A stretch of DNA of 64,000 bases, taken from positions 19,564,150 through 19,628,149 of the forward strand of contig NC_134026.1 of assembly GCF_964204645.1 (NCBI RefSeq), given 5' to 3'. Below the pieces are notes generated by a model. It had not been told where the DNA came from and did not search any database. It saw only the letters and a program-made list of their open reading frames with translations. The stretch's first letter is position 1. Every line of letters begins with the position of its first letter. Positions 27,301 to 41,700 of this stretch are shown in pieces. Source of the stretch: Tubulanus polymorphus. Taxonomy: Eukaryota > Animalia > Nemertea. The translations under genes and the position numbers were made by a program.

Positions 27301-28539
27301 AAAAAGTTACGAATATGGTTTAAATCCTTAACCGCTATATTTTGATATTGGCTTGACCCTCGAAAATCCGTTAGATTTAAAAAGAAGAAAACATTTACTC
27401 GAGATTGAGATACGGAACCCCAGTTCCATAGTCGTTAATAAGTTCGACTCCGGTATTGAAATTAGTTGAATATTTTTGACTGGATAAAAAGTCGAATCTT
27501 AACTCGGAACTGTGGAACTGAGAGTCAAGTATAAAACGTACCATAATGGCCCCGATCCTGGACAAGATAACTCAAATCTTTTTTTTAAGACGGACTAATT
27601 ATTTTAACGTATCGTTTCCCAATACAAAATATATATCCAACAGCAAAGACTACCAGAAACTTAAGAAAATAATCTTTAATTATGTTTAAAGAACGGATTC
27701 TAAGGTAAGTGTTCATAAATTCATGAAACTTGACGTTAGTTTAATCGAAAGTCAATGCAATAGATAGGCCTCGGCATAGTCCGGGATTTCTGCTGAACAC
27801 CTGAGGATGAGAGAAACAAAGTACGTTTATGCACGGGAACCAGTTTCATTTTTTTTTAGTTAAAATAAGAGTTCGTTTACAATCTGTTGACTTCAGAGTC
27901 AAATCATAAATCTCACGACTAGTGAAACTGGATCCTGTGTATTTTGCGGGGTTGCTGATTAATTGTGATAATAATACGAAATGTAAATATCAAAATACAT
28001 ATGTACACATGTACTGAATGCGTTATCATAACTAGTTTTTTAAATGTGATAGTTATTACTGAAGAGAATTATTGAAACCACCGCGTTGAACAATGTTGTA
28101 GGTGTAAATTTCGAATGATATATGCGCATAGTTTGTAGGCTCACGACGAGTAAACGTATACGGATATCAATGTCGCTTTTGAAAATCGTTTGCAGAGTGT
28201 CAAGGCCGAGGAATCTGCCTTCATTTTTCATAACCTCGTCGAGAAAAATATTCGAACATATTCACACGTTCAGTCACGTTCAGAAAACTACGGCGGACGA
28301 CTTTTGTTTTTAAAGACCGTTAGTTTAGGAAAAATTCAATCAAAAAACGTTTTCTTCTTGCGTGTATGCGTTGCAACAAATCGCCATTTGAAATTAATCC
28401 ATTTGTTCTTTTCATAATTGCTACTATACGCGTAATGACAAATCCATACGGAAAAAATATCAATTCTACCGATTTAAGATCGGGCTTTTACTTAATCAAG
28501 GGTATCGGAATTGCTTAACCCTTGCTTAACTCCACATAA

Positions 28540-28791
28540 ACCGTGATCACACGAGCGTTTTTTGGAGCAACTGTTCACACGCGGGTGCCAAATAGGGTCC
28601 GTGCCTGTTTGGCCCGACCAGATACGTCGAACCAGGGCAAACGATTGGATTGCAACTGGTTCTTTAGTATCAAGTGAGTGGTTTACGTGTGAACGTGCTC
28701 TCGAATTAGAGCACGGGCCTAATTTGACTCGGGCCAGCCCCGATCCGTACTAATTTGGCCCGGGTCAAATCGTCTCCGTGTGATCGCAGCT
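28540..28791. mobile_element. MITE, same family as 36042-36313
   Basis: CCGTGATCACACGAGC...GGGTGCCAAATAGGGTCCGTGCC...GTGTGATCGCAGCT. Confidence 0.65.
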
Positions 28792-31700
28792 ACAATTTAT
28801 TTCGATGGTTTTTCTCGGTATCTATAGCTCGTTTATTAAAAATGCCCCTTTGGGTATATCTTCAAAATCGGACCTAGGCCAGTCTCAGTCCGTAATACAT
28901 AACCAATCTAAAAATAAAAAAATCTAAGCTTTGTTTCGGATTTTTAAACGGAAGTTTTTCTTCAATACGCATATTAACCCTCAATAAGCCCTATCCGCGT
29001 CTTTCTCTTCTCTGTGTTAACTTTTGCTCGCGTTAAAAAATTGATGAATGTAAAATATAGACCTTTCCAGAAAAGATGGCTTCCTCGTTGGCTTCCATGG
29101 ACACTGACTGTCTGAAATTCAGTTGAAGAAAAACCCACATCATGAAGAAAAGGTGACGTTTCCACTGAATACCAGATACCAGATAACGAGCCATTTTATA
29201 AAACTGGCCGCCTCTTAAGTCCCTATATGGCATCATGAATTTTCAATTGGTTCCCAATTAGCTTTGGTGCCTGAACTGGGCAATCATTTACATTCGTGGA
29301 TTTCATGCCCTTATATGCATCGTCTTGAAGGACGTTTGTTCAGAAGTTCCGGAGCCATCAATAATCTCGAATCTATGGAAGCATTTTTTCTGAAACGGCC
29401 TATATGATTGTTTGTTTTATATTATATGAGTATGTTCATGTTGAAATGTTATAAAGGCTTTGTTATATAAATATGTGTATCTTATAAAGAAAATGTACAA
29501 ATTTTTACCAAAAAATTAAATGTTTTTTTTGCAATCGTTTTTACCGGGGGTGTATATAATGATGTTTTCGGTTGGTGACAGCCAGGTTAGGCGACCTTCT
29601 CGTGGTGCACGCGTTTCGTCACTTAATTTTTCAAACCTCATCGTTAATTCCGTTGGAGACAGGGCAGTGCAGGCGCAGGTATCGAAATATCGTTTTATTC
29701 ATGTAAACCGATGGCGTGCTAAGTGATTGCCCAATTTTTGAAGACCTGACAACTGCACACTAGGATGAAGAATGTAATGACTATTATGTAGTGTGGGCGA
29801 GACATTACTGTTTGTGGGTAATATAAGCCGTTGAAATCTCGATGTCTTTACAGTCGGAGCCGAACCATTCTGACGAAGGGTGAAAAAGCATTGTAGGCTC
29901 ACTAGGATAATACGTTCTTCAATGATTTGCTTTGCGAAATGCAGCCAAGTCAAAGCCGCATTCGGTGCAATAAATGCCGTCGATAGACATTTTCTTATTA
30001 GGAGGCAGCGGATTGATTAGTAAGCTTTTGTTTTAAACTCTGATCGCCAGACGGCTCGTTTCTATTGCCGAGTCACCTTGCGATCAGTGCCAAAAACACG
30101 GCTTTTAACCGACACCGGACCGTAAATATTGTTATCTGTACATGTACACGGATTCGCCGTGAGTTATAGCCACAAACGAAATACTTCAAAGTACCACAAA
30201 AACATGTTACAGCAAACACAAAAACATTTGTTTTTGAACCTCGATTCATATTGCTATACTCATATACGACTTCGCGTCAGATCACAAGCTCGGTTTAAAA
30301 TACGTATATAATCTAATGACAAAAACTAAAACTACAGTCGAATTTCATTTCAACACTCCTTAAGTCTTCATGGGATAAGTCGTCACATTACTTGTGTCGT
30401 TTGAGTCGCAGTTCGTGTGGGTGTTTCGAATTCAATGAATTTTATGTACTAAAATGTAAGTCGTTATTTAAATTAGTCGTCAATATGATAATGGTCTCAG
30501 CTGAGGTCGTATGCTATCAAGAAATCTACGGGAAAATAACTGTTCACACGTGTCGATGTATTTTTCGGCATTAGTCACAGTAACACAGTCTTTGGTAAAT
30601 ACTACCGGGCATCAGAACACTACCAACATCTTCATTAAGGCCTTGTTTAATAACTTGAAGTACGGATCCGTTTCCCAGAATTCTGCTTTGATCATCAAGT
30701 AAACAAAAAGGTTTAGTCCTTCGTGTTTTCATCAAAATATTTCGATGAAAACTTTATTGTAATATGTCCATCTTGATTTTCAATCTAGTTACTTGTAAAC
30801 GTTATGTTCATCACAATTTTCTATCTCATGATTTGCAAAAAAGTAGGGTTTTTTTCATTTCTCCCATCATTTGAAAAAAAATCATCACAATTTTCGCTCC
30901 ATTTTTATTTTTGTTCTGCAGTCCTTGAGAGGTTTTATATGGAAAAAATAACAACAATTAAATAATTATTAAATGAAATAAAATTATTTTTATCCTTTTC
31001 CTTCCATTTTAAAACGCCTATCATAGGAATTTTTCAAAATTTCTATTCCCTTTAGTTTACCCTTCCTCTTTTTTCTGGAAAAATAAACCTTTTCAAACGA
31101 GAAAGATAAAACCCCACCAGAATCAACTCTCGATGCAGCCGAGGATAAAACGATATCCCCGAACTTCTCCGCAAATTAAGTTAAAATCAACTTCTACACT
31201 TCTACGGATAATTCAGAATAAATAACACGTTCGTGATTATTGATGATACACATTTGTTTCGGCGATATTTTATTTTCTCAAGAATATATGCATGATGTAA
31301 ATAAGATCACATAATAATATATATATTTGCATTGACTTTTTTCCCACATCTTATGAATTACGAAGAAGAGCCAATGCAGTAGAACTCGCTTAATTCGGAT
31401 CACCTGGGACTGGAAAGCTTCGTCCGAATTTCTCGAAATCTCCGAATCACGCGCTCTCATTTGAATAGAAATAACCTAGCGGCGACTCGACTGGAATTTT
31501 AGTCCGATAAGTAAATGAAAATCCGGATAAAACCGATCCGAATTATCAAACCGAGTTATACTGGATCCAGTTTCACAGTTCGGAGTCAAGGTTTGAAGCA
31601 GAGTCGAAAACATCGAAAATGAACTAATTCTTACTCGGAGTTAACTGTAACTCACAACTGTGGAACCGAGTCCTGTATGACAATTTTCGATACAACCACG

Positions 31701-34203
31701 CATTGGCACAGGGTTCAATTGCATATCGTGGAAATGGAAAAGGAAGATACAAGATTTCAAAAGCAGTCCACTCTATGGAATGTTTTTCACGAATTTGCAT
31801 TAACAGTTTCCCAAACTTGGTGACACAGATTATGCTGCAATCTCACACTCATTTAATAATAAGATGAATAACCCGTTAGGACCGGGTTTGGTTATAATCT
31901 TTCGTTTTTTTTTAAACCGAAATTCCTGAGAGCTAATGTTCAGTTTAAGTCACATGAGCGCGCGCGTACATCAACGCTTCTCAAATGGTATTTGCACGAT
32001 ACTTTTAGTACATTTTAACGAAGCCACATGAAACGAATTTGACGAATTTCATAACACACGGATCAGATTCAAATAAATAAATAACAATAGGTTCATGTAA
32101 TGCAGGTATGAATCTTACGGAAGAGCATTGCGACCATATGAAATTTTGAGATAATTATCATACGGCCTCTATGCTCTTTCGTACCACCTGCAGCCTCAAA
32201 CCATCCCGGACATTTCACCATTGTTGTGTGGAGTCATTGCTTTGGGACAATGACTCGTTAGGTTGTGGAGTGCGTGTTTAGCCATTTTTCTTTTCAAATC
32301 TATGACGAGTTAATTTCTGATTAGGAACAATCCTAAACATAAACCGGGCATAGGTAAAACCGGGACGATCCAAAAATATTGGAAAAATAGCTTAGAATAT
32401 AAGCGTCGAATGTCCGATAGGTCCAGGCAGCAGATTGAAGAATGACACCTATTACACAACGTACATAATTTAACAAAAATAACAAGGTAAATCACAGATA
32501 TGCAAAACAGCAAAACACTTTCAACGTCATTATCGGCACAAATAATATGCATATCCTGGGCCGCCAGTAACAAATTGAATTTTTTTCAGTAACATTGCAT
32601 TGAAAAATGAAAGAGAATTTTCAAAAATTAATCAGTAATCAACAGTAAGACCTTAACATTTTTTTCATTTGCACATCAACCAAACCAAATAAGTATTTCT
32701 CCGGATAAAATGGTAACAAATACTGAATATCAGGAACGGTTGTTGGCAGCTCCGCGGATATGTAGCACTGCGATATACGTGTATAATCTAGACGGGAGTA
32801 TTAAAACAAATACTGGGTGATATAGTACATGTACTGCCTCAGATAAACATGTATAATTTAGACTGGAGTATTAAGAAAAAATACCGGCTGATCGAATTAA
32901 CACATGTATCGCCTCAGATCACACTATAAAGGACTGAATGGGCAGGGCTAGGAAACACCGAGGTAAAGTTCGGTTTATCATGATTATCCAACTATTTACG
33001 GACTAAGTGAATCTGAACGTCCGTTAGACCGCACCATAGGCGGCGAATAGCGAACCTATGCACATGTATGTAGTTCCGACCGACCCACCCTAGTTGAAAA
33101 TGGCGGACGCTAGCAATATTTTTATACAAAAAAAAAAACATAGCAGAAACTGTCTTTGCTACAATGATTATGCTAATTGAGCTACATTAGTATCGAACCA
33201 AATACTTATTTTTCTGCAAGAGTGGCCAAGCACGCGTTTGATGAAATGTACGCTGAAGACCAGATTAACCGATTTCTAGGTAGTTGAGAATTGAGGTTCC
33301 TACCTGATTACGGTAGCTACAAAAGCCGAAATTCACCCAGGATGTGCTAGATACACATGAATTTTTCGACGCAAAAAAATCTTCGAACTAGCTATACGGG
33401 GCAATAGAATAATATATACTTTGAACGTTAGATGTTTGATCGACGATTCTTTTTTTCTCCAAAACTAAAAAAGTATAAAACAAAACGATAGGCTTTCTAT
33501 ACAAGAATTACGCTATGTAAACCGTCTGGGATGTTGTAAATGATGATGCTGATTGAGCCACATCTGTATCAAAGCAAAAATACCGGTTTTCAGTGGCCAA
33601 GGGCAATGTTTGATTTTGATGAAGCAGACTACAGTTCCTGATTACCCTAATTGTATTAGTTTTCAACAAAAATGAGAATATTTTGACATCAAAGATACCG
33701 TAGTAGTAGTAGTTTAAGGCTAAAATAAAATGACACCTTGCGTCTCCGTATCGGCCGGGTCACTTTCGTATCACAGCAATAAAATTCGTAATCAGTTCGT
33801 TTCTATAGCTGCCGGGTGTTTTATGGCTAGCTTAATCATCATTAAAAAAAAATGTACAGGGTAGATAGGCCCACGTCAACCTTCAAATTCGGTATAAGTG
33901 CGAAACAACGTATCATTTTTTCAAGCCAAATTATTGAAAATCTAACTAGATAACACTGCGATATGGAGAGTATTCGGACATTTTAATCTGGTATTCGGAA
34001 AAGACAAACTCTTCGCAGATTCGAACTGACACGTAATGAGCCTGCCGATTATGCCATAAATTACGAACGATTTAAATATGAACACCGGATACATAGCAAA
34101 AGCGAATAATTGTGGAGTTACAATGATGCGTCGCCAAGAAGACATGGATATGACTAGTGTTTTCTTTTTCAAATGAAAAATGAGTTTTCGATGAAATCCT
34201 AGA

Positions 34204-34354
<151 letters not shown>

Positions 34355-34426
34355 AAGTATAAATATAAAGCAGCACTGATTGCGAACACAGAATTACAAA
34401 ATTGGCAAACGAACATCGTCCATGGA

Positions 34427-34490
<64 letters not shown>

Positions 34491-36041
34491 ATGCCATGGA
34501 AACCGATTTCTAATTAAGATACGATCAATTAAATCAAAATCTAGAGGCAGAGGGCGTATTGTTTAACTCAATCGCGCGAGGGAGAATGAAATTTAGCGAA
34601 CATATCTACGCAAGCACGGATCCAGGATTTTTTCCAGGAGGGGCTTCATAGAAAATTTTAATGTTAAACTGCCAAAAAAAATATCTAATGATAGGGGGCC
34701 TATACGGCATATTTTTTGGCCGAACATAAGATGATATGGTACCGGTTTAGTTGAACTGTCCGCCCGGTTTGTCTTGAGTAAGCACTTACATTCCATCGAT
34801 CAAGATAACGAATTGAAAAAATGTTTAGGTAGCTGAGCAGGAGGGGGTCACGACCCCTGAAACCCCCTTCTGGACCCACGCCAGGCTCAATCGTAAAAAG
34901 GCAGTAGTAACGTGTAGTAACGTTTAATAAAGCACTTACGCCACTCAGCCGGTAAATTCGAGATCACTTGATTTCTGAACGATTTCTCCGATTCGTTAAT
35001 GAAATATGGTTGAGCAAGAAACGAGCAGACCAGCGAATTTACTGGCTAATTGATCGCTGGCATACTTAAAAATTCTTATAAATATTCGTCCGAAATTTCT
35101 AACTAGTTTGGATTTGGCTTCGTTGAAACGGATGAACCAATCTACGAGCGAAATCGTTGTCGCAGACGCGGGCCAAAATTTCGCAAAATCAGCGCGATCG
35201 AGCAAAAACAATATACGCTTCCCTGCCTTTAGAGTTAACACGTTCGCTGCCGGCTTGATAATACGGTGTCGCCCCCAATTGTCAATTGACCAAAGAGTAT
35301 TCATCAAGAATGAAGCCGAGTTTGTTCGCATTGCCAGCCGAATTAGGTACTGTGTCACCCCCTTGAGCCCGAGTGCAAGTATCTATTTAAACTATAAACC
35401 AGAAGAATCAGCTACAAATATATTTGTAAAAGCGGCGCTGTCGACAGATCCGGAAGTATGAATATATTTGAAGCGGGCAGCGAACTTAAATGCACACAGC
35501 GAGCATACTCGCGCACTGTAATGCGCTGAATCTTGTATCATTTCTTGACAAAATGGAAAAGGGCACACAAAATATTTGATGGACTCGAACAAGTCTCACA
35601 GGTCTCCCCATTGATGTTGATATGAGCACATTTCATTAAATCTTGGACGAATACTTCTTTAAGTGAAAAAGCAGGAGTTGAGATCAACCAGTGTAAATCG
35701 ATTCTGAATCGATTTCAACACCTTTCGATATCAAAAATTTTTTTCATTAACACTTCAGGAGTAGAAATGTATCAAAATCACATTATCGGCAATGATATGA
35801 AGTAGCAATATATATGTATTCAGGCTGCTTCTGGGCAACAGATAAAATAGCCGTAGTCTTTATCATAATCAGTTATTTTGATCATTAATGCTCAGGATCT
35901 ACCCGGTAGCTTCTGTGACATGCAAGCGTTGTTGTACACCTTGTTTACTTCTAGCGTGTGCTAGGTTGTTATTCATTCATCATGGATGATACTACAGTCG
36001 CAACTCTGAACTTAAGTCATCATCGGATAAGTTTTCGCATA

Positions 36042-36313
36042 AGCTGCGATCACACGGAGACGATTTGGCCCGGGCCAAATTTGGCCAATGCCTAATTAGA
36101 GAGCGCATTCACACGCAAACCATTCACTCTATTCAATGCTCAAACAAAGCGATGTGGATCATTCCCGCTGCCAGTTGCAATTCAAACGCAATCATTTTTT
36201 TGGTCCGACGTTTTTGATCGGGCCAAAATTGGCCCGGGCCAAACAGGCTCGGGCCCATTTGGCACCCGTGTGAACAGTTGTTCCGGGCCAAAAATGCTTG
36301 TGTGATCGCGGCT
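36042..36313. mobile_element. MITE (PIF/Harbinger-like); related copies at about 22105-22440 and about 28540-28791
   Basis: TIR AGCTGCGATCACAC/GTGTGATCGCGGCT with ATA on both flanks and internal GGCCCGGGCCAAAT repeats. The two other copies are in the opposite orientation. Confidence 0.7.
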
Positions 36314-37055
36314 ATAAAGACTCTATTTTTCGTGTCCCAATTCGTATCAATTTACTAGGTGTACTGTAAGTCATTGTTTGGTTAGGTCGTCGACATAATG
36401 CTAGTCCCTACTACGACGATGACTTAAGCAAAATTGAGTACGGCGATGCGAATTATTTACAGAGCTTAAAACTCAGTTTTAAAACCCCCGACATCAAGCT
36501 ACAAACCCTCATGAGTATGTAGCCGAAACATTTATAGATATAAAATCAATAAACCATATTCAAAGGCATTTGATTACTGATATATGCAATGATTATGCAC
36601 CATTACGAATTTGAAAATATACCACTTCCATGGTATCAAAAAACCGGGCTCAGTTGAACAACCTTTTGATCCTATATTACAAATCTTACAAATACATGTA
36701 TAAAATCACAGGCAGCAATGGCCGGAATCTTGATTTGATCATTTCTCATATCACAAAGACAAATTACACTCAATACTGGCTTCGGGCCATTCATGGAGTA
36801 CGTTCGCCGATGATATTCAACTCACCCTGACAAGCATTGGTGTTCATATATAATAGTGAGAAATGGCCAATTTTCCGAAGAACTCATTCGGCATGGTTGC
36901 ATATGTATGTACCTCATGAATGGCCTTATTCACACAAAAATACTTATTGCTCAATATTGCTGCTTGCAGTAAACTACTGAATTGCCAAATCTACTGTCCA
37001 TATTGTAGCAATACTGGCTGTTCTGGGGTGATACATTGATATATTTATAGTTTAA

Positions 37056-37333
37056 CCCTTTCACTGCATCGTCACCGCAGTGCGGTGTATAAATCGGTGA
37101 TGGAATTTGCTAGTAAACTGCATTGCGGTGTATTGATGTTTTAAGTAATCAGTTTTTATCTACATTAAAAGATGGCAGCACCTGACGAACATTATGATAT
37201 ATTCTAACTAATGATACACCGCGATGCATTATGGTGGTAGGCCTGTCATTCCACCACATACTGGGGTGGAATCTCTAAAAATTTCAAATTATGAACCACA
37301 CTTTTGGGAATTAATTAGTCAGCACTGAAAGGG
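37056..37333. mobile_element. piggyBac-like MITE
   Basis: TTAA|CCCTTTCACTGC ... GCACTGAAAGGG|TTAA. Confidence 0.75.
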
Positions 37334-38790
37334 TTAACGTGGATTGTAAACCTTCATTACTGATTATTTACATCAAATCAAACTCTGTTTTAGCCATCGA
37401 GCTCTGACCTCTGATTAAATTTTTCACAAATTGTGCGGTTACATCATAATAAATATTCATTCTACACAGCACCTTATGGTTATCTGATAATAGGGAAAAA
37501 TGTATGCAAGATTAAATCATGTCCGCTGATGGAAGGTTCACACAAATGATCGATTTAGACTCTCGCAGAGTGGTCCACTATGGTTTATATAAAAGACACA
37601 TATGGATATGTGGTTACCTATGTACAAGAAATTGAATAGCCATAAGTATGTCCTAATTAGTGCATAAGCGATATAATGATTACACAAAAAAAAATGATCT
37701 GTACACGCAATTCAATTTCATCATTTAACCCTACTATTAACCTCTCTATTTTCAACTTTGAATCAGTCCATCCGATAACAGTAGTATTTTCTGATCGAGG
37801 GTTCATTGTCTATTTCTGAGTTAGCTCAATTTCGATAGACCACACATATCATATCACATAGCCAATTACAACATACATATACATAAAAAAATTTTCGAAA
37901 ACGATAAAAATATAATCAAAACAAAAATCACATTAAGTATTAAGACTCAACATAATGAGTTCTATATGACACACAAAGCGTTGAAAACATTTGAACATGC
38001 ATTGGAGACAGAGGTGTACACGATCGCAGTAACAAAAGTTTACATCAAATTGAGAAAAGAGTTCAGATAAACCTCATCTACGTACAATAGACATTTACCC
38101 GAGTGCCAACAACTAAGCAAACAGCGGCTAAACTAAGTCCTTCACACAGAGTAAACCTGGGAATCAAACACACTAAAATGAAAAGTTTATTTAACAGTCT
38201 ACAGAAAACAGGCAGCCTATATGAGACAATTCTTTTTTTCTTGAGAGAGGGATCGGGATAAAGATCCCTATTTGGTGTCCCTTAAGCACCAACCGCATTC
38301 CCTTGAATTTTCTGAGGAGTTATAGACACTACACGGTGAAATTCCTGAGTGCTAATGCGTTAAGAAATAGGCCAAGCAGGGATATACAGCAGAACAACAC
38401 ACCCAGTTTGAGAAGACACACTTAGGAATTTCTCAGATCTGCCTGGAGTAGATGAAGTTACCTACCTCAATTGCCTGTAGTGATTTATGCATGTAATACA
38501 AATGTAAAAGCATTATTACACTAAAAAAAAAAATCACATGGGGCATAGACCTTAAAGATTCATGGAGCATTTTACACATACGATGTAATCAATGAAATCA
38601 TAATTGTCCTATATACAAATATATACCTGTAATACTTGTACTGTAGGGTCAATTTTCACACAAATATGCACATGAAAGAAAATACGACTTCTAATTTTTT
38701 CTTAAGATTCGATGCAATTTTAGTTCAAACTGCCCTAAATGATGATCCAGAATGTTTTACTGTAACACGCAATGCTTCTTTAAACGTGTT

Positions 38791-41700
38791 CTACACAGTT
38801 GTTTGTTTTGGGATCGTGCCATTCAGGAATTGTCTTTCAGAACCAGGTGTACTTACAGTGCTGGAAACACCAGAACCGGGACCATTGGTAGTATTACGTT
38901 TGACAATACTGTCATGCGAATGATATTCTTGCACTAACATATCTTCGGGTTGACAGAAATTTTTTTCGAAAAACACTAACGCCATTTTTTTGCTTACACC
39001 CTGTGATATGGCTTCACCAATGGTTTTATAACAATGTCCGCCATCGCCGTGTTCCTGGAGATATTCACTCAATCCCTGAAATGCAATGATTGAAGATCAT
39101 TTTCTACTAAGATACGGTATTAACACTGCCTTCGTAATGTAGAATATGTACGTGTAAAAAGTAACTAGAATGAGGCAAGGTCTCGAATGCCCCAGCCTGA
39201 AATTCACCACCACACATTAAGTCACATGGTTTGTAGCAACCTCGCTTGCTAGGATATCACGCCAGCATAAACCCTGGCTGCAAACCCTTCAAAGGTCTAT
39301 TACACCGCCCAAGATTTCTTGGGAGGACAGGTTGCCGCTCAGCGGCCACCAGTCGATGTATTTAGCAAATCAGATGCGTTGCTTTTCACTGGCAGATTCG
39401 CACTATCAGTGCAAAGCATCTGATTGGCTAGATGTATAGACTGGTAGCCACAGAGCAGCAGCCTGTCCGCCAAAGAAATTTTGGGCAGTGTCATAGACTA
39501 ATGAAGGGTTTGCGGCCAGGGTTTATGTTGGCGTGAGCTCGGCAGGTGGCAACCAAACCCTGGCAAGTGAGGATGGGTTTGTGGTAAATGCTTTGTAAAT
39601 ATCGTGGCCATATTTATTTCTATAAGAATCATATTAGACAACATGTGTACAAAGTTTAAACTAGGGATGTCCACCTGGGGGAAGTGGTTTGAAATGCTCT
39701 GCCAATTTCAATATTCAGCACCCCCCCCCCCCCCCCCCCCGGGTGAACATATACTAAAACCAGTGACCTTGTGAAACTCACCACAATCATAATAACATGT
39801 CATGAGCTACCACTTTGCAATTGATTGCGGCAAAAAACTATGCCTAGACACCGATACAATAAGGAAATACTGAGATAGAGTTCATCGCTCCTTGGTGACC
39901 ATATACAACTAGGGGTCCAGGGATACCATGCCCACTTGGAAAGTGGTTTCAAATGCTCAACAATATTCAACACCCCTGGTGACCATATGCAAAACCCAAT
40001 GACCTTGAAACTCACCACAATCATAGAACATGTCATGTGCTACAATTTTGCATTTGATTATGGCAACAAAACATGCCTAGGTACCAATATAATAAGGAAA
40101 TACTAAGTAATTCTACTATTCAACGCCCTGTGGAGACCATATGCAAAACCCAGTGACCTTGAAACTCACCACAATCATAGCCCATGTCATGTGCTACAAT
40201 TTTGCAATTGATTGTGGTAACAACATATGCCTAAGTACCAATATAATAAGGAAATTATTGTATTATTCGATGCCCCCTAGTGGCACAAATTTCAATGAAA
40301 AATGGACTCAGAATTCAGGCCAAAATAGACATTTTTGTGCACAAAAAAGGTCACAGGACGGCCATCTTGAGTCTGATCGACCCAACTTTCCCCTGCTGAT
40401 GGGCCCTCGGGGGATACAAATACATATGAACGATCGAGATAATTGATGAAAGCGTCTTCAAAATTTCCCTCGAAAACTTAAAATATGTGTAAAAAGTGCT
40501 GATTTCTGCGAACAACAATGACTGCAAGTCAGTCATCTTGAATCTGACAAGACCAGTTTTTGGGGTGAAGATGTGTCTTAGGTAGATACATGTGTAACCC
40601 AAATACAAAGACATTACATTGAAGCGTCTCCAAAACTTCCTAAAATAACTGGTTTCCGTCTACAGACAAACGGATGAATGGAGACAGAAGGACGACGGAC
40701 AAAAGGTGAACGCAATAGCCCACTGGGACTAAAGTCCCAAGTGGGCTGAAAACCAACAACACTGAAACTCACCTACATTATAGAACATGTCAACCTACAA
40801 TTTGCAATTGATTGTGGTAGCAAAATATGCCTAGGTACCAATATAATATGTTAAATAGAAAGAAACTTTTTAATAGGACGACGCTGGAGAATGGAAATTA
40901 AAAGTCGAACTCAGGGTGAAGACGAGTTAGGTTGGTTTGCAAGTTATGCTCAAACGAAGTTCTGACTGTTAGACAAAGAGTTGAGAGTCAACATACAATG
41001 CAAGTCTAAGGTATTACAGAGATTTAAGGCAAAACGGAGCAGTTAGCATCCCTGCAAGTTTGAAAACTAGACGACCAAAGGTCCTGAGACTCGAAATATG
41101 TAAGCTCGATCAACAAAATCGTCATCGGTATGGATTGATATTGCCTTAGATACGATTAGAGGGGTTGAAAAACGAAGGTATGAGAGTGCTAATAACAATA
41201 AAATACATGTATCCAGATTATCAAGTCAAAACCTGTTGATATTTGAACAAAACCTGGATAAACCTAATTCCACGCAAGGAGATGAGTCCTATGACAGTGG
41301 TAACATTTATCAAATATCAAGACTATAAGTTAAAACCTGTCGATATTTTCCTAAAAAAAAAACCTTTTTCTATTTACAAATAAGGAGTGATGACACTACG
41401 ATGGCTGCCAATTGTGTCCCGCTTGACTGATCAAAGAATCTGTCTGATATGTTTAAAGAGCCCTTCTTAAAGTATAACCATCAGAAATTTCAATGAAAAA
41501 TGGCAAACCATTCGGGGCAAAAATGACTTTTCATGGCAGAAGATGTGTCTGGGTTAGATACATGTATGAACCAAAGATACAGACAATGCATTGAATTGTC
41601 TTCAAAACTTCTCAAAATAACTACTGACTCTGTCTACAGATGGACGGATGGACGGACGGACGGACGAAAAGTGAAGGCAATATCCCGCTGGGACTCAAGA

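Noticed and set aside
29700-29990. Minus-strand fragment with CTECG (possible zinc finger or pseudogene)
   Set aside because: In-frame stops and no recognisable family.
34996-35358. 120-aa minus ORF with Walker-B-like RILFLLD
   Set aside because: No Walker A, no supporting neighbouring exons, and an overlapping opposite-strand ORF of similar length; not supportable without a homology search.
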